Source: Laetmonice hystrix (lineage: Eukaryota). From it: 64,000 nt of DNA. The first letter of the stretch is position 1; every line of letters starts with the position of its first letter. Below are positions 49,493 to 61,162 of this stretch, one piece after another. Both the position numbers and the translations under genes were made by a program. Below the pieces are notes generated by a model. It was not told the DNA's origin. It searched no databases and saw nothing but the letters and a program-made list of their open reading frames with translations. The DNA lies in the NCBI GenBank assembly GCA_965235115.1, contig OZ249443.1, positions 3,658,001 to 3,722,000 on the forward strand, given 5' to 3'.

Positions 49493-51865
49493 CAAAGTGC
49501 ACCGGCTGACCTCGGAAAATCAAAACAAAACCAAACGTAAACATGGCTGAGGGCTTTGGTGCCTTGAACCAGATTTTGTTTCAAAATAATAAGCTTTGCG
49601 ATGGGTGCAATATGGCGCCTTATTCCCGGGCCGCAATAAGTGACGTGTCACGTGACCTGTTGACCCTAATTACTGTATAATCACATGCAGGACAATGGGG
49701 GCTTAAGGTACAATTCTGGCCATTCAGAAATAGCCACCCGCTTTTCCCAGACAATTGAAAGCTCGCGATGCGCTCACTTAAAAATGTCTTAAAATAGATT
49801 GCCAGCGCCTTTAGAAGTACATGTATGCCGTCACTGCCCAGACCAAACCACAGGGGGCGCTACAGTAGGTGTGACAGACAGGTGATTTGTTCATGTATTG
49901 TGGACGCAGTGTACTACACACTACAGACAAAACACCCACACCTGCACTGGGATATACTGCATCAATTAGCACTCTATATTTTGACATTTCCTGTGAGATT
50001 ATACGAGGAAGTTTACTTATGGTTGTTTTGGACGAGGGGGCGTACTTGAGTTCAGTGTGATTTACCACCCGGAGTAGGTTATCTTCATTTGGTTGAGACC
50101 TACAGCACATTGAGGATACAAGGATAAACATCTTTCATTGCCTGGATACCTGGATACAGTCACATGTGGATGGGAGTACTGGGAGTACTTGGGAGTAATC
50201 AAGGAATACCAATGGCCGGTCAGTAGGCCTCCTGCACGGCGTGCGCCACGTGCGGCGCCCCAATACGGGCAACACTTGAGAACCGACCAAGGTCACTTAA
50301 CGGTTGAATAGCGACGATGTTTGACCAGTGACTTATTAAGGTTGTCTAAAAAACTTCAAATCGGTTCAACCATGGCTCACTGGTGCATGTCAAGTTGCTG
50401 TAGGAAAAGAGAGCCAAGCAAGTAAGTCTATAAAACAGTCTGTATCTAACATATCGGGAAAAATATATGCTGAAATAATTGCCGTATATGTTGAGAAGGT
50501 GTACATTAATGGTTGGTTGTGATGAGCTCGATGTGGGCGGAGACAGGCAGATACTGTGTGTGCGTGCTAGTTCATTCACATGCAGGGGCATTCACATGCA
50601 GGGGCATTCACAGGGGTTTGACCTCTGACCCCAGGGCAGGGACAATAAAGAGGTGAATCGGGCACATACTTTGAGATGACCGAAGGAGCGAATCTAAGGG
50701 GTCACAGAGATGAAGGGGCTCAATCTAGAGGGGCACAGGATGAGAGATGGACTGCAGGGTGGCGTGAAGACATAGTGAGCCAAGTTTTGGTCAGCTCGCC
50801 CGGTATAGGCCGCCTGGTCGGAGGGCTGCGGGCGGCAGGGCGATTACCGTAATATGTCCATGAAAATGTCGATCGTGGTGAGAACTTAAAATCTCTCACT
50901 ATTCCCGACTTGAACCCTTCCCCCCGGTCCTGGGACTACCTCAACATATTTATATATAGAGAGATTAACACGTTGACTGTTGACCTGTAGGCCCGTATTG
51001 ATCACATCAGGCCTTGGGTTCAATCTTGTATTTATAACTATATGGTACATAGACAGTGCCGGATATGTATACCGGTTGAGCCATCAGCTGTGTGTACCTG
51101 CTCGCGTATAGCAGGAGGTCATTGTCTGGGGTCAACTATAATATTTTGGGACTGGACTAAACTGGTCGTAAAGTTGTCCGGATTAGTCGCCTTACTGAGT
51201 TGGTCATGAATATGGGTGCGTTCCGCCGATTATGTAGGCCTAAGGACTAGTTTCCCAAGGTCACGCTAGGTGGCGCCATGTGTGGGTGGGTGCTCGCGGG
51301 GGGTGAGATCCACGACATCGACATGTTATAACAGTTTCAGTCCGCCAGATGGCGATACTGTGCCAGGCCCCTCTCGTCTGCTCGATCCCAGTACCTGGTC
51401 ATTCACTATAATCAAATCTATCTCTTACATAATCAGTCTCAATCCATTCTCTGTACCTACGTGTGTTAGGGGTGAGAAACGGGTATTTGATTGACGATCG
51501 ACTGATCATCATTGTTACATACAGCTGAGTAAGGCTGGTGTTCCAACCCTCTCAGACGGAAATTTGACATGTCCAACATGGCCGACATCCATGGTGCACA
51601 GCTGCTGCAGTCTCCAGTAGCAATAATTATCAGGCACACAGACACGGTACCGCTGCGTGTCTGCCTGGGGCCTGGTCGGGGAGAGGTCGCCACTACTGCC
51701 GTGTCTGACAGGGACGCCAGCGTCTAGATCTAGTGTACGCCTCCAGCTCTCTCTACATCAGGCAGGATCGTCAGAAATCAAATATCTGTCGGTTCAATAG
51801 TAGGGCACAAATTCCTGCTTCTCCGCGGGTCGATATCGAAGCTGAATATTAGGCGTATATCTTAT

Positions 51866-52444
51866 TCATGTCCCTGGAGCAGGGACGCACCAGTGGGTAT
51901 GCCCGCTGTTAACAGTGCTATCAGGGTTGGAATCAGTACAACTCCAACCCAGTCCCTGCCCAGTGATCACAACTGGGCGACTATAAATACCAGACATGCC
52001 CAGCTTTATTGCAGTTTGATACGGCAATGTAAATTCCCAAAGATCTGTACCATTTCTTGTAAAGATCGTCCCCATTATGAGGGAGAGAGTACGATATTGG
52101 ATGTCCTGACATGGACAATCAGTTGATACATCGCTTGAGTTAGGAGAAGAAACACTTGCGCAGGACAAGAATTGATACAGACTTATAGGGACATCGTGCA
52201 GGATATTGATTGTATGTAAAGCTGAGGAGACATTTTCTGGGTGGGGCGCGTACCCTCCAACTTTTTCTTTTATACATACACACCTGACCTTCTGGCCGCA
52301 GTTTGGTGGTATGTAGGGATCTAGGCCTGTTGGTAATGGGACTGCTAATGAAAGATGTCGATGTTCTATTGATCGGTTATCCCCAATAATCGCCATAACA
52401 CGGCCCGTATCGCCATGATTAATGGCCACGACATTATGTAACAC
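51866..52444 (-). CDS. 192-aa non-repetitive ORF, unknown (exon or decayed element)
   Basis: Second-longest complex ORF in the window; no domain recognised with confidence. Confidence 0.22.
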   Translation of the reverse strand: MLHNVVAINHGDTGRVMAIIGDNRSIEHRHLSLAVPLPTGLDPYIPPNCGQKVRCVCIKEKVGGYAPHPENVSSALHTINILHDVPISLYQFLSCASVSSPNSSDVSTDCPCQDIQYRTLSLIMGTIFTRNGTDLWEFTLPYQTAIKLGMSGIYSRPVVITGQGLGWSCTDSNPDSTVNSGHTHWCVPAPGT

Positions 52445-52780
52445 AAGACCTCCTCCTAATCATGCCCAGCATGCATACACGCACCCATTGACCTCAGGTC
52501 AGTGTCGTTGGAACCCCAAATCCCTCCACCAATCCTTCAGGTCTCAGTCATGTCTACATTAGAATCTCCCTGCTTACATAGCGATAACCCCACGCTCAGC
52601 AGGGTGGTGACGACCGGAATCCGGAGTAATTCTGGGTGTACAAACACTGGCTTAACCCTTCCAACACTTGGCAGCAAAACGTAAAGCTGGTAATCCCACA
52701 CAACCAGTCATAACGCTAATACCTTATACCATGTAAAGCTTTCAATCTGCGATGACCAATGCTCAGAGATATAATAGATC

Positions 52781-53022
52781 CAGAATGCCATGGTCTTCAG
52801 GTTTCACAAACATTTACATCCATTTTTCCTCAGACAAATTTAACTGTTACTCGACCACTCTAGCTTTCCGAATAATGCCATGGTCTTCAGTTTTCACAAC
52901 CATTTACATCCATTTTTCCTCAGACAAATTTAAATGTTACTCGACCACTCTAGCTTTCCGAATAATGCCATGGTCTTCAGGTTTCACAACCATTTACATC
53001 CATTTTTCCCCAGACAAATTGT
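52781..53022. repeat. 90-bp tandem repeat, ~2.7 copies
   Basis: AATGCCATGGTCTTCAG at 52784, 52874 and 52964. Confidence 0.94.
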
Positions 53023-53514
53023 GAAACCTGAATCAAATCAGATCCATTCGGAAAACTAAGGTTTTATAAACTTAAAAAAAAGTAGCATGCGACACGAAGT
53101 GGTGAGGCTCCAGAGTTAAACCACGTTAAAAAGAAATTGGGGGGGTGGGGGGTGAGTTGCCTCCCTCAGTTTTCACCCTGTAGTAAACATACAAATTGCC
53201 TTTTATCGGCCCATATTCTACCAATTTATTTATCAGCTACAGATCACGCATCGCTTTATTGCCACACTATCCAGACAGTAAAGCCTTCAAAGCGATCAAA
53301 TGGAACATTTCATATCAGTCAATGAAATGAGAGGGTTAAAAGGTCATATCTTTTGGAATCTCCTCAGGTAAAGTCTCCCTCATTTTAAATTTACCTCGTT
53401 CTACGTCCGGTTAAGTTTGCCACCCTCCAGTACGTCCTTTGAGTACATTTCTACGCATTTTCACACGCTCCAAATCCCCCCCCACACACACACACACAAC
53501 GAATTCACAATACT

Positions 53515-53935
53515 ATACAGCTCTCCGTGAACTATTCAGCTCTCTGGAACGACTATATATATAGCTCTCCGTGAACTATTCAGCTCTCTGGAAAGACTAT
53601 ATACCGCTCTCCGTGAACTATACAGCTTTCTGGAACGACTATATATACAGCTCTCCGTGAACTATACAACTCTCTGGAACGACTATATACAGCTCCCCGT
53701 GAACTATACAGCTCTCTAAAACGACTACAGCTCTCCGTAAACTATACAGCTCTCTTGAACGACTACAGCTCTCCGTGAACTATACAGCTCTCTAAAACGA
53801 CTACAGCTCCCCGTGAACTATACAGCTCTCTAAAACGACTACAGCTCTCCGTGAACTATACAGCTCTGTAAAACGACTACAGCTCTCCGTGAACTATACA
53901 GCTCTCAGGAGCTCTCCGTGAACTATACAGCTACA
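53515..53935. repeat. 35-41 bp minisatellite
   Basis: CAGCTCTCCGTGAACTATACAGCTCTCTRRAACGACTA(TA)n; two related half-units. Confidence 0.95.
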
Positions 53936-54375
53936 GTAAGAGAATCAATTCGTAGGTTGTGTATAATTAAAGCAGTCCAATGAAGTACGGTTATATTAGC
54001 TCGGGAGCAGGTTTACTAATTTTACTGAAACAGGCTCGGGCGCTCATAGCGACATTTAATAAGGGTACATATTTACTTTCCAAGGGACTGGCATTATCAG
54101 AAAAGTGATCATGTTTAATATCTCCCCTGGATATTATGTTTGTTCTAGCCAGCAACAGATTTATTGTACGGCTAATTAGTAAACTCGATCGGAGACATTT
54201 TGTCAATGTCGTCGACCGATGTTTAGTAAATCAATCTGCCATGGATTCTCAGGACTCGCTTGTTATTGATAACATGTCATGTGGTAACATATCGGGGGGG
54301 GGGGGGGGCTCTGTGCCCGCCATGACGACGACCTGATCATTTTACTGGTAAATCCCCATGGTAAAACATGTACGA

Positions 54376-55968
54376 AACTTAAACCTAACCGCTAGTCCCG
54401 GAAAAACTATCGTTATTCCTAGTCTGAAACTTAAACCTAACCGCTAGTCCCGGTAAAACCTATCGTTATTCCTAGTCTGAAACTTAAACCTAACCGCTAG
54501 TCCCGGTAAAAACTATCGTTATTCCTAGTCTGAAACTTAAACCTAACCGCTAGTCCCGGTAAAAACTATCGTTATTCCTGGTCTGAAACTTAAACCTAAC
54601 CGCTAGTCCCGGTAAAAACTATCGTTATTCCTAGTCTGAAACTTAAACCTAACCGCTAGTCCCGGTAAAAACTATCGTTATTCCTAGTCTGAAACTTAAA
54701 CCTAACCGCTAGTCCCGGTAAAAACTATCGTTATTCATAGTCTGAAACTTAAACCTAACCGCTAATCCCGGTAAAAACTATCGTTATTCCTAGTCTGAAA
54801 CTTAAACCTAACCGCTAGTCCCGGTAAAAAATATCGTTATTCCTAGTCTGAAACTTAAACCTAACCGCTAGTCCTAGTAAAAACTATCGTTATTCCTAGT
54901 CTGAAACTTAAACCTAACCGCTAGTCCCGGTAAAAACTTTCGTTATTCCTAGTCTGAAACTTAAACTTAACCGCTAGTCCCGGTAAAAACTATCGTTATT
55001 CCTAGTCTGAAACTTAAACCTAACCACTAGTCCCGGTAAAAACTATCGTTATTCCTGGCCTTAAACTTAAACCTAACCGCTAGTCCCGGTAAAAACTATC
55101 GTTATTCCTGGTCTGAAACTTAAACCTAACCGCTAGTCCCGGTAAAAACTATCGTTATTCCTAGTCTGAAACTTAAACCTAACCGAGAGTCCCGGTAAAA
55201 ACTATCGTTATTCCTAGTCTGGAACTTAAACCTAACCGCTAGTCCCGGTAAAAACTATCGTTATTCCTAGTCTAAAACTTAAACCTAACCGAGAGTCCCG
55301 GTAAAAACTATCGTTATTCCTGGCCTTAAACTTAAACCTAACCGCTAGTCCCGGTAAAAACTATCGTTATTCCTAGTCTGAAACTTAAACCTAACCGAGA
55401 GTCCCGGTAAAAACTATCGTTATTCCTAGTCTGGAACTTAAACCTAACCGCTAGTCCCGGTAAAAACTATCGTTATTCCTAGTCTAAAACTTAAACCTAA
55501 CCGAGAGTCCCGGTAAAAACTATCGTTATTCCTGGCCTTAAACTTAAACCTAACCGCTAGTCCCGGTAAAAACTATCGTTATTCCTAGTCTGAAACTTAA
55601 ACCTAACCGAGAGTCCCGGTAAAAACTATCGTTATTCCTAGTCTGAAACTTAAACCTAACCGCTAGTCCCGGTAAAAACTATCGTTATTCCTAGTCTGAA
55701 ACTTAAACCTAACCGCTAGTCCCGGTAAAAACTATCGTTATTCCTAGTCTAAAACTTAAACCTAACCGAGAGTCCCGGTAAAAACTATGGTTATTCCTAG
55801 TCTGAAACTTAAACCTAACCGCTAGTCCCGGTAAAAACTATCGTTATTCCTAGTCTGAAACTTAAACCTAACCGCTAGTCCCGGTAAAAACTATCGTTAT
55901 TCCTAGTCTGAAACTTAAACCTGACCGCTAGTCCCGGTAAAAACTATCGTTATTCCTAGTCTGAAACT
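54376..55968. repeat. 53-bp minisatellite, ~30 copies
   Basis: AAACTTAAACCTAACCGCTAGTCCCGGTAAAAACTATCGTTATTCCTAGTCTG. Confidence 0.98.
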
Positions 55969-55971
55969 GAA

Positions 55972-56505
55972 GCCCTGCGCCTGCCCCAGTCCTGTCCCTA
56001 CCCCTGCCCCAGTCCTGCCCTGCCCAGTCCTGTCCCTGTCCCTGCCCCTACCCCAGTCCTGTCCTGCCCCACTTCTGCCCCTATCCCTGCCCCTACCCCA
56101 GTCCTGCCCTGCCCCAGTCCTGCCCCTGCCCCAGTCCTGTCCTGCCCTACCCCAGTCCTGCCCTGCCCCAGTCCTGTCCCTGCCCCTGCCCCTACCCCAG
56201 TCCTGCCCTGCTCCACTCCTGTCCCTACCCCTGCCCCTACCCCAGTCCTGTCCCTGCCCCACTCCTGTCCCTGCCCCACTCCTGCCCCTGCCCCAGTCCT
56301 GTCCCTGCCCCACTCCTGCCCCTGCCCCAGTCCTGTCCCTGCCCCAGTCCTGTCCCTGCCCCAGTCCTGCCCTGCCCCAGTCCTGTCCCTGCCCCACTCC
56401 TGTCCCTGCCCCAGCCCTGTCCCTGCCCCAGTCCTGTCCCTGCCCCAGTCCTGCCCTGCCCCAGTCCTGCCCTGCCCCAGTCCTGTCCCTGCCCCTGCCC
56501 CTGAC
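55972..56505. repeat. C-rich degenerate repeat (CCTGCC/CCAGT/CCTGTC modules)
   Basis: Directly follows the 53-bp array. Confidence 0.95.
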
Positions 56506-56771
56506 ACCTACGCATAATTTCAGGTAATGTTAGCATGGGGACGAGCCAGCAGTAGTATCTCCTGGACCGCTGTACACTCACACGCCGGGCTTTCTGTGAA
56601 AACCAAGCCGAAAATAGAAGCGTCAAGAATTGACCCTTTCATGCATCAAAGGCTACTGGTGGTACCTAGGTGTCGCTGATTTAGTAAATAGATCCAAACT
56701 GTACTGGATCACTGATAGGACAGTGCATGACACTATTGATCGTGAATGTATTCAGAAACTGCTGGCACTAT

Positions 56772-57113
56772 GACAGATACCTGTCCTGGGAAATCCCCCT
56801 GTCCCACTGACACTCGGACAGTTATCTGTCCTGAAAACTCCCCCTGTCCCACTGACACTCGGACAGTTATCTGTCCTGATAAATCCCCTATCCCACTGAC
56901 ACTCGGACAGTTATCTGTCCTGGGAACTCCCCCTGTCCCACTGACACTCTGACAGTTATCTGTCCTGGGAACTACCCCTGTCCCACTGACACTCTGGCAG
57001 TTGTCTGTCCTGGGAACTACCCCTGTCCCACTGACACTCTGACAGTTATCTGTCCTGGGAACTCCCCCTGTCCCACTGACACTCTGGCAGTTGTCTGTCC
57101 TGGAAAATACCCC
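56772..57113. repeat. 45-bp minisatellite, ~7 copies
   Basis: CTCCCCCTGTCCCACTGACACTCGGACAGTTATCTGTCCTGGGAA, with an internal GGACAG/CTGTCC hairpin. Confidence 0.95.
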
Positions 57114-57143
57114 CGTCTTCTTGTTGTACCTGTCCCACGATCC

Positions 57144-57601
57144 ATTGGTTTTCATTGGTTCGTTCATGGGGCTATGGCCTAACAAAGCGTTTTCATTGGT
57201 TCGTTCATGGGGCTATGGCCTAACAAAGTGTTTTCATTGGTTCGTTCATGGGGCTATGGCCTAACATTCTCTGGCTTACACATTGGTTCGTTCATGGGGC
57301 TATGGCCTAACATTCTCTGGCTTACACATTGGTTCGTTCATGGGGCTATGGCCTAACATTCTCTGGCTTACACATTGGTTCGTTTATGGGGCTATGGCCT
57401 AACATTCTCTGGCTTACACATTGGTTCGTTCATGGGGCTATGGCCTAACATTCTCTGGCTTACACATTGGTTCGTTCACAGGGCTATGGCCTAACATTCT
57501 CTGGCTTGCACATTGGTTCGTTCATGGGGCTATGGCCTAACATTCTCTGGCTTACACATTGGTTCGTTCATGGGGCTATGGCCTAACATTCTCTGGCTTA
57601 C
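57144..57601. repeat. 46-bp minisatellite, ~10 copies
   Basis: CATTGGTTCGTTCATGGGGCTATGGCCTAACATTCTCTGGCTTACA. Confidence 0.97.
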
Positions 57602-58012
57602 AACTTGACGTACATGACCGATCAACCTGCTCTAACCTCGAGTAGTTTGTATCCACGATTGGCGTGCCAGCCGCCAATCCAGACAGGTTGGAATAAAGTG
57701 GTGCAGTTTGTGGTTACACGTTGTACGCGGACCGATTGGTTCGTTAGTGGGTTACCACACGCTTCATGGTCTTAGTTATATACAGTTATATACAGGTTCA
57801 TGGTCTCATATACATGTACCTTTCAGTTATATGAAAGGTATGCTGCCAGTTTAACTGTTGTGGAGAAATTCTCAATACGTATACCATTTTTTTTTTTTTG
57901 CGAAATGTCATGTTATGGCATGTCATGTCATGTCATGTCTAAAATTAATTTAAGATGCATTACTTTGAATGGATCGAGTGTGTCCCTTGAAATAGCAAAG
58001 AGAGGGTGGTAG

Positions 58013-58579
58013 CACACGGTGTGGTTTGAACAGTTTCTCCGGGAAGGGAGGGCAGCACTCGATGTGGTTTGAACACTCGGTGTGGTTTGAACACTCGGTG
58101 TGTTTGAACAGTTTCCCCGGCAAGGGAGGGCAGCACTCGGTGTGGTTTGAACAGTTTCCCCGGGAAGGGAGGGCAGCACTCGATGTGGTTTGAACACTCG
58201 GTGTAGTTTGAACAGTTTCCCCGGGAAGGGAGGGCAGCACTCGGTGTGGTTTGAACAGTTTCCCCGGGAAGGGAGGGCAGCACTCGGTGTGGTTTGAACA
58301 CTCGGTGTGGTTTGAACAGTTTCCCCGGGAAGGGAGGGCAGCACTCGGTGTGGTTTGAACAGTTTCCCCGGGAAGGGAGGGCAGCACTCGGTGTGGTTTG
58401 AACACTCGGTGTGGTTTGAACAGTTTCCCCGGGAAGGGAGGGCAGCACTCGGTGTGGTTTGAACAGTTTCTCGGGGAAGGGAGGGAAGCACTCGGTGTGG
58501 TTTGAACACTCGGTGTGGTTTGAACAGTTTCCCCGGGAAGGGAGGGCAGCACTCGGTGTGGTTTGAACAGTTTCCCCGG
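58013..58579. repeat. Modular minisatellite (18-bp plus 25-bp modules)
   Basis: CACTCGGTGTGGTTTGAA occurs 1-3 times between copies of CAGTTTCCCCGGGAAGGGAGGGCAG. Confidence 0.96.
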
Positions 58580-59348
58580 GCGTGCCGCTGGTATTTAATC
58601 TGGGGTGAAGTGACGGTGCTAATGCATTGTTTTATGCATCTGAAAATGTTGGAATTTGACGCCTCGACGCGTGCTGTTGTAGATGAATTAGAAGCTATTA
58701 CATTCCAAAGGCCAGGTCGACCCGAGTACTTGAATGCCTGACGTCATAGGGTGTTATTGATGGCGTCTTTTGTTATAACATTGGCAGTGTACTCGCTCAC
58801 CCCCGCCACCCCCACCCACCCTCAACTTTAAGGTATCTGTATGCAAACCGCGTACATAAATAACTCGATCATATACTGACCGTATCGATGCCGAGATCAG
58901 GTGGGGTGGTATGAGGGCGCATTGTAAGCGAGCCCTAGATACTCGGGTTATATTTTATTACCGTGGTATGATCTAGATGGAGCCATCGGGTTTATATTTT
59001 ATTATCGTGGTATAATAACAATAGGTTACACCGATGGAGTAGATACTAAAACGAGGGGGCAGAAATACGGCCACTGTAATACATAACGGCGTGGGTGATG
59101 GTTGGTTGTATGAGTCCCGGGATTTGGGCAGAGATTTTCAACGAACTGAGCAACGTATGCCAGGCTCGGAAAATCTACCCCAAAACCCCCCACAAAAAAA
59201 CATGTCATATATGCGCGTGGAATCCGTGGCATACAGTCTCAAACGCTTGATCACTGAACACTTTGCCGTAAATTATATTTGTAACCCTCTTACGTGAGCA
59301 GAGAAATACGCCTTGTGTACACACGACAACCGGGAACTTTGTCTTCAG

Positions 59349-59395
59349 CATTAGAGAGCATTTTAATAAATGCTTACATAAACAATGCTTTCATG
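59349..59395 (+). CDS. Possible 47-nt exon ending ATG|GTGAGT
   Basis: Acceptor GAACTTTGTCTTCAG|, consensus donor; reads (A)LESILINAYINNAFM, or is UTR plus a start codon. Confidence 0.25.
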
Positions 59396-59608
59396 GTGAG
59401 TAGCATGGTGGGTTATATTGGAGTTGTTGGCCCATTTCGCGTTCCTGTACTAAGGTTATTGATGTTATACCGTGGGACCTGTAGTGAGTATTCTACTGGA
59501 ATAATCGGCCCTTTATTCCGCATTAATATTCTTTACCATCAAACTGTACGGTCACTATAAATGCCAAATCATCGAGCTAAAATAAATGTCAGAGTTTGAA
59601 AACACGTG

Positions 59609-60370
59609 GGAAAATATGTATAGTTGAGAGAGTATTACCTTTATTTCCACAAAATATGTATAGTTTATAGAGTATTACCTTTATTTCCACAAAATATGTA
59701 GAGTTGATAAAGTATTACTTTTATTTCCACAAAATATGTATAGTTGATAGAGTATTACCTTTATCTCCACAAAATATGTAGAGTTGATAGAGTATTACCA
59801 GTATCTCCACAAAATATGTATAGTCGATAGAGTATTACCTTTATTTCCACACAATATGTAGAGTTGATAGAGTATTACCTTTATCTCCACAAAATATGTA
59901 GAGTTGATAGAGTATTACCTTTATTTCCACAAAATATGTATAGTTGATATTACCTTTATTTCCACAAAATATGTATAGTTTATAGAGTATTACCTTTATT
60001 TCCACAAAATATGTATAGTTGATAGAGTATTACCTTTATTTCCACAAAATATGTATAGTTGATAGAGTATTACCTTTATTTCCACACAATATGTAGAGTT
60101 GATAGAGTATTACCTTTATTTCCACAAAATATGTATAGTTGATAGAGTATTACCTTTATTTCCACAAAATATGTATAGTTGATAGAGTATTACCTTTATT
60201 TCCACAAAATATGTATAGTTGATAGAGTATTACCTTTATTTCCACATAATATGTAGAGTTGATAGAGTATTACCTTTATTTCCACAAAATATGTATAGTT
60301 GATTGAGTATTACCTTTATTTCCACAAAATATGTATAGTTGATTGAGTATTACCTTTATTTCCACAAAAT
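59609..60370. repeat. AT-rich 40-bp minisatellite, ~19 copies
   Basis: CCACAAAATATGTATAGTTGATAGAGTATTACCTTTATTT. Confidence 0.97.
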
Positions 60371-60721
60371 GTAATTGAAGTGAGCGAATGTCTGTACAGA
60401 TTGGCGAAGAGAAAGTCCTGGGGGTTAGAGAACTTTTTATCAAGATATGATCGATAAAAGATCGATTTTCAGTATACCGATGCTATCGACCTGCTTTTCC
60501 CAAAGAACACAGAAATAAGACAGGTATCGTATAGATCCGTGTTGGTTCAGCCAGGAGAGCCAGCTCTCGCGTTCTGACGTGTCAATGTAAAATCCACAAT
60601 GTGAGCAAACTTGAGTTAATTTATCCCCCTTTTTGAGGTTGGGGTTGGTGGTGCGAATACCCATTTACGTTGCTGTTGGTTGCTGGTGTTTAGGCTTTAT
60701 AGGATGTTATAATAATCCAGT

Positions 60722-61162
60722 CAGGTTATTCTTCTGCAACAGTTTTATTCTATGTCTACGGTTGTGTAAGCCTTTCGTTATTTTCTGCAACAGTTTTACT
60801 CTGTGTCTACGGATGTGTAAGCCTTTCGTTATTTTCTGCAACAGTTTTATTCTATGTCTACGGTTGTGTATGCCTTTCGTTATTTTCTGCAACAGTTTTA
60901 TTCAATGTCTACGGTTGTGTAAGCCTTTTGTTATTTTCTGCAACAGTTTTATTGTCTACGGTTGTGTAAGCCTTTCGTTATTTTCTGCAACAGTTTTATT
61001 GTCTACGGTTGTGTAAGCCTTTCGTTATTTTCTCCAACAGTTTTATTGTCTACGGTTGTGTAAGCCTTTCGTTATTTTCTCCAACAGTTTTATTCTATGT
61101 CTACGGTTGTGTAAGCCTTTGGTTATTTTCTCCAACAGTTTTATTCTATGTCTACGGTTGGG
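60722..61162. repeat. 51/46-bp minisatellite, ~9 copies
   Basis: TTTCGTTATTTTCTGCAACAGTTTTATTCTATGTCTACGGTTGTGTAAGCC. Confidence 0.97.

Noticed and set aside
46998-50099. Cyclic-nucleotide-binding-domain resemblance in the candidate exons
   Set aside because: The diagnostic GE and R(A/T)A motifs are absent; the similarity is only hydrophobic patterning
52140-52270. Resemblance of GGYAPHPENVSSAL...LYQFLSCAS to the Ty3/gypsy RT-RNase H connection
   Set aside because: Only a few matching residues; no YxDD motif, LTR or other pol motifs nearby
54376-55968. Telomeric repeat
   Set aside because: CCTAAC occurs once per 53-bp unit, not as a (TTAGGG)n or (TTAGG)n tract
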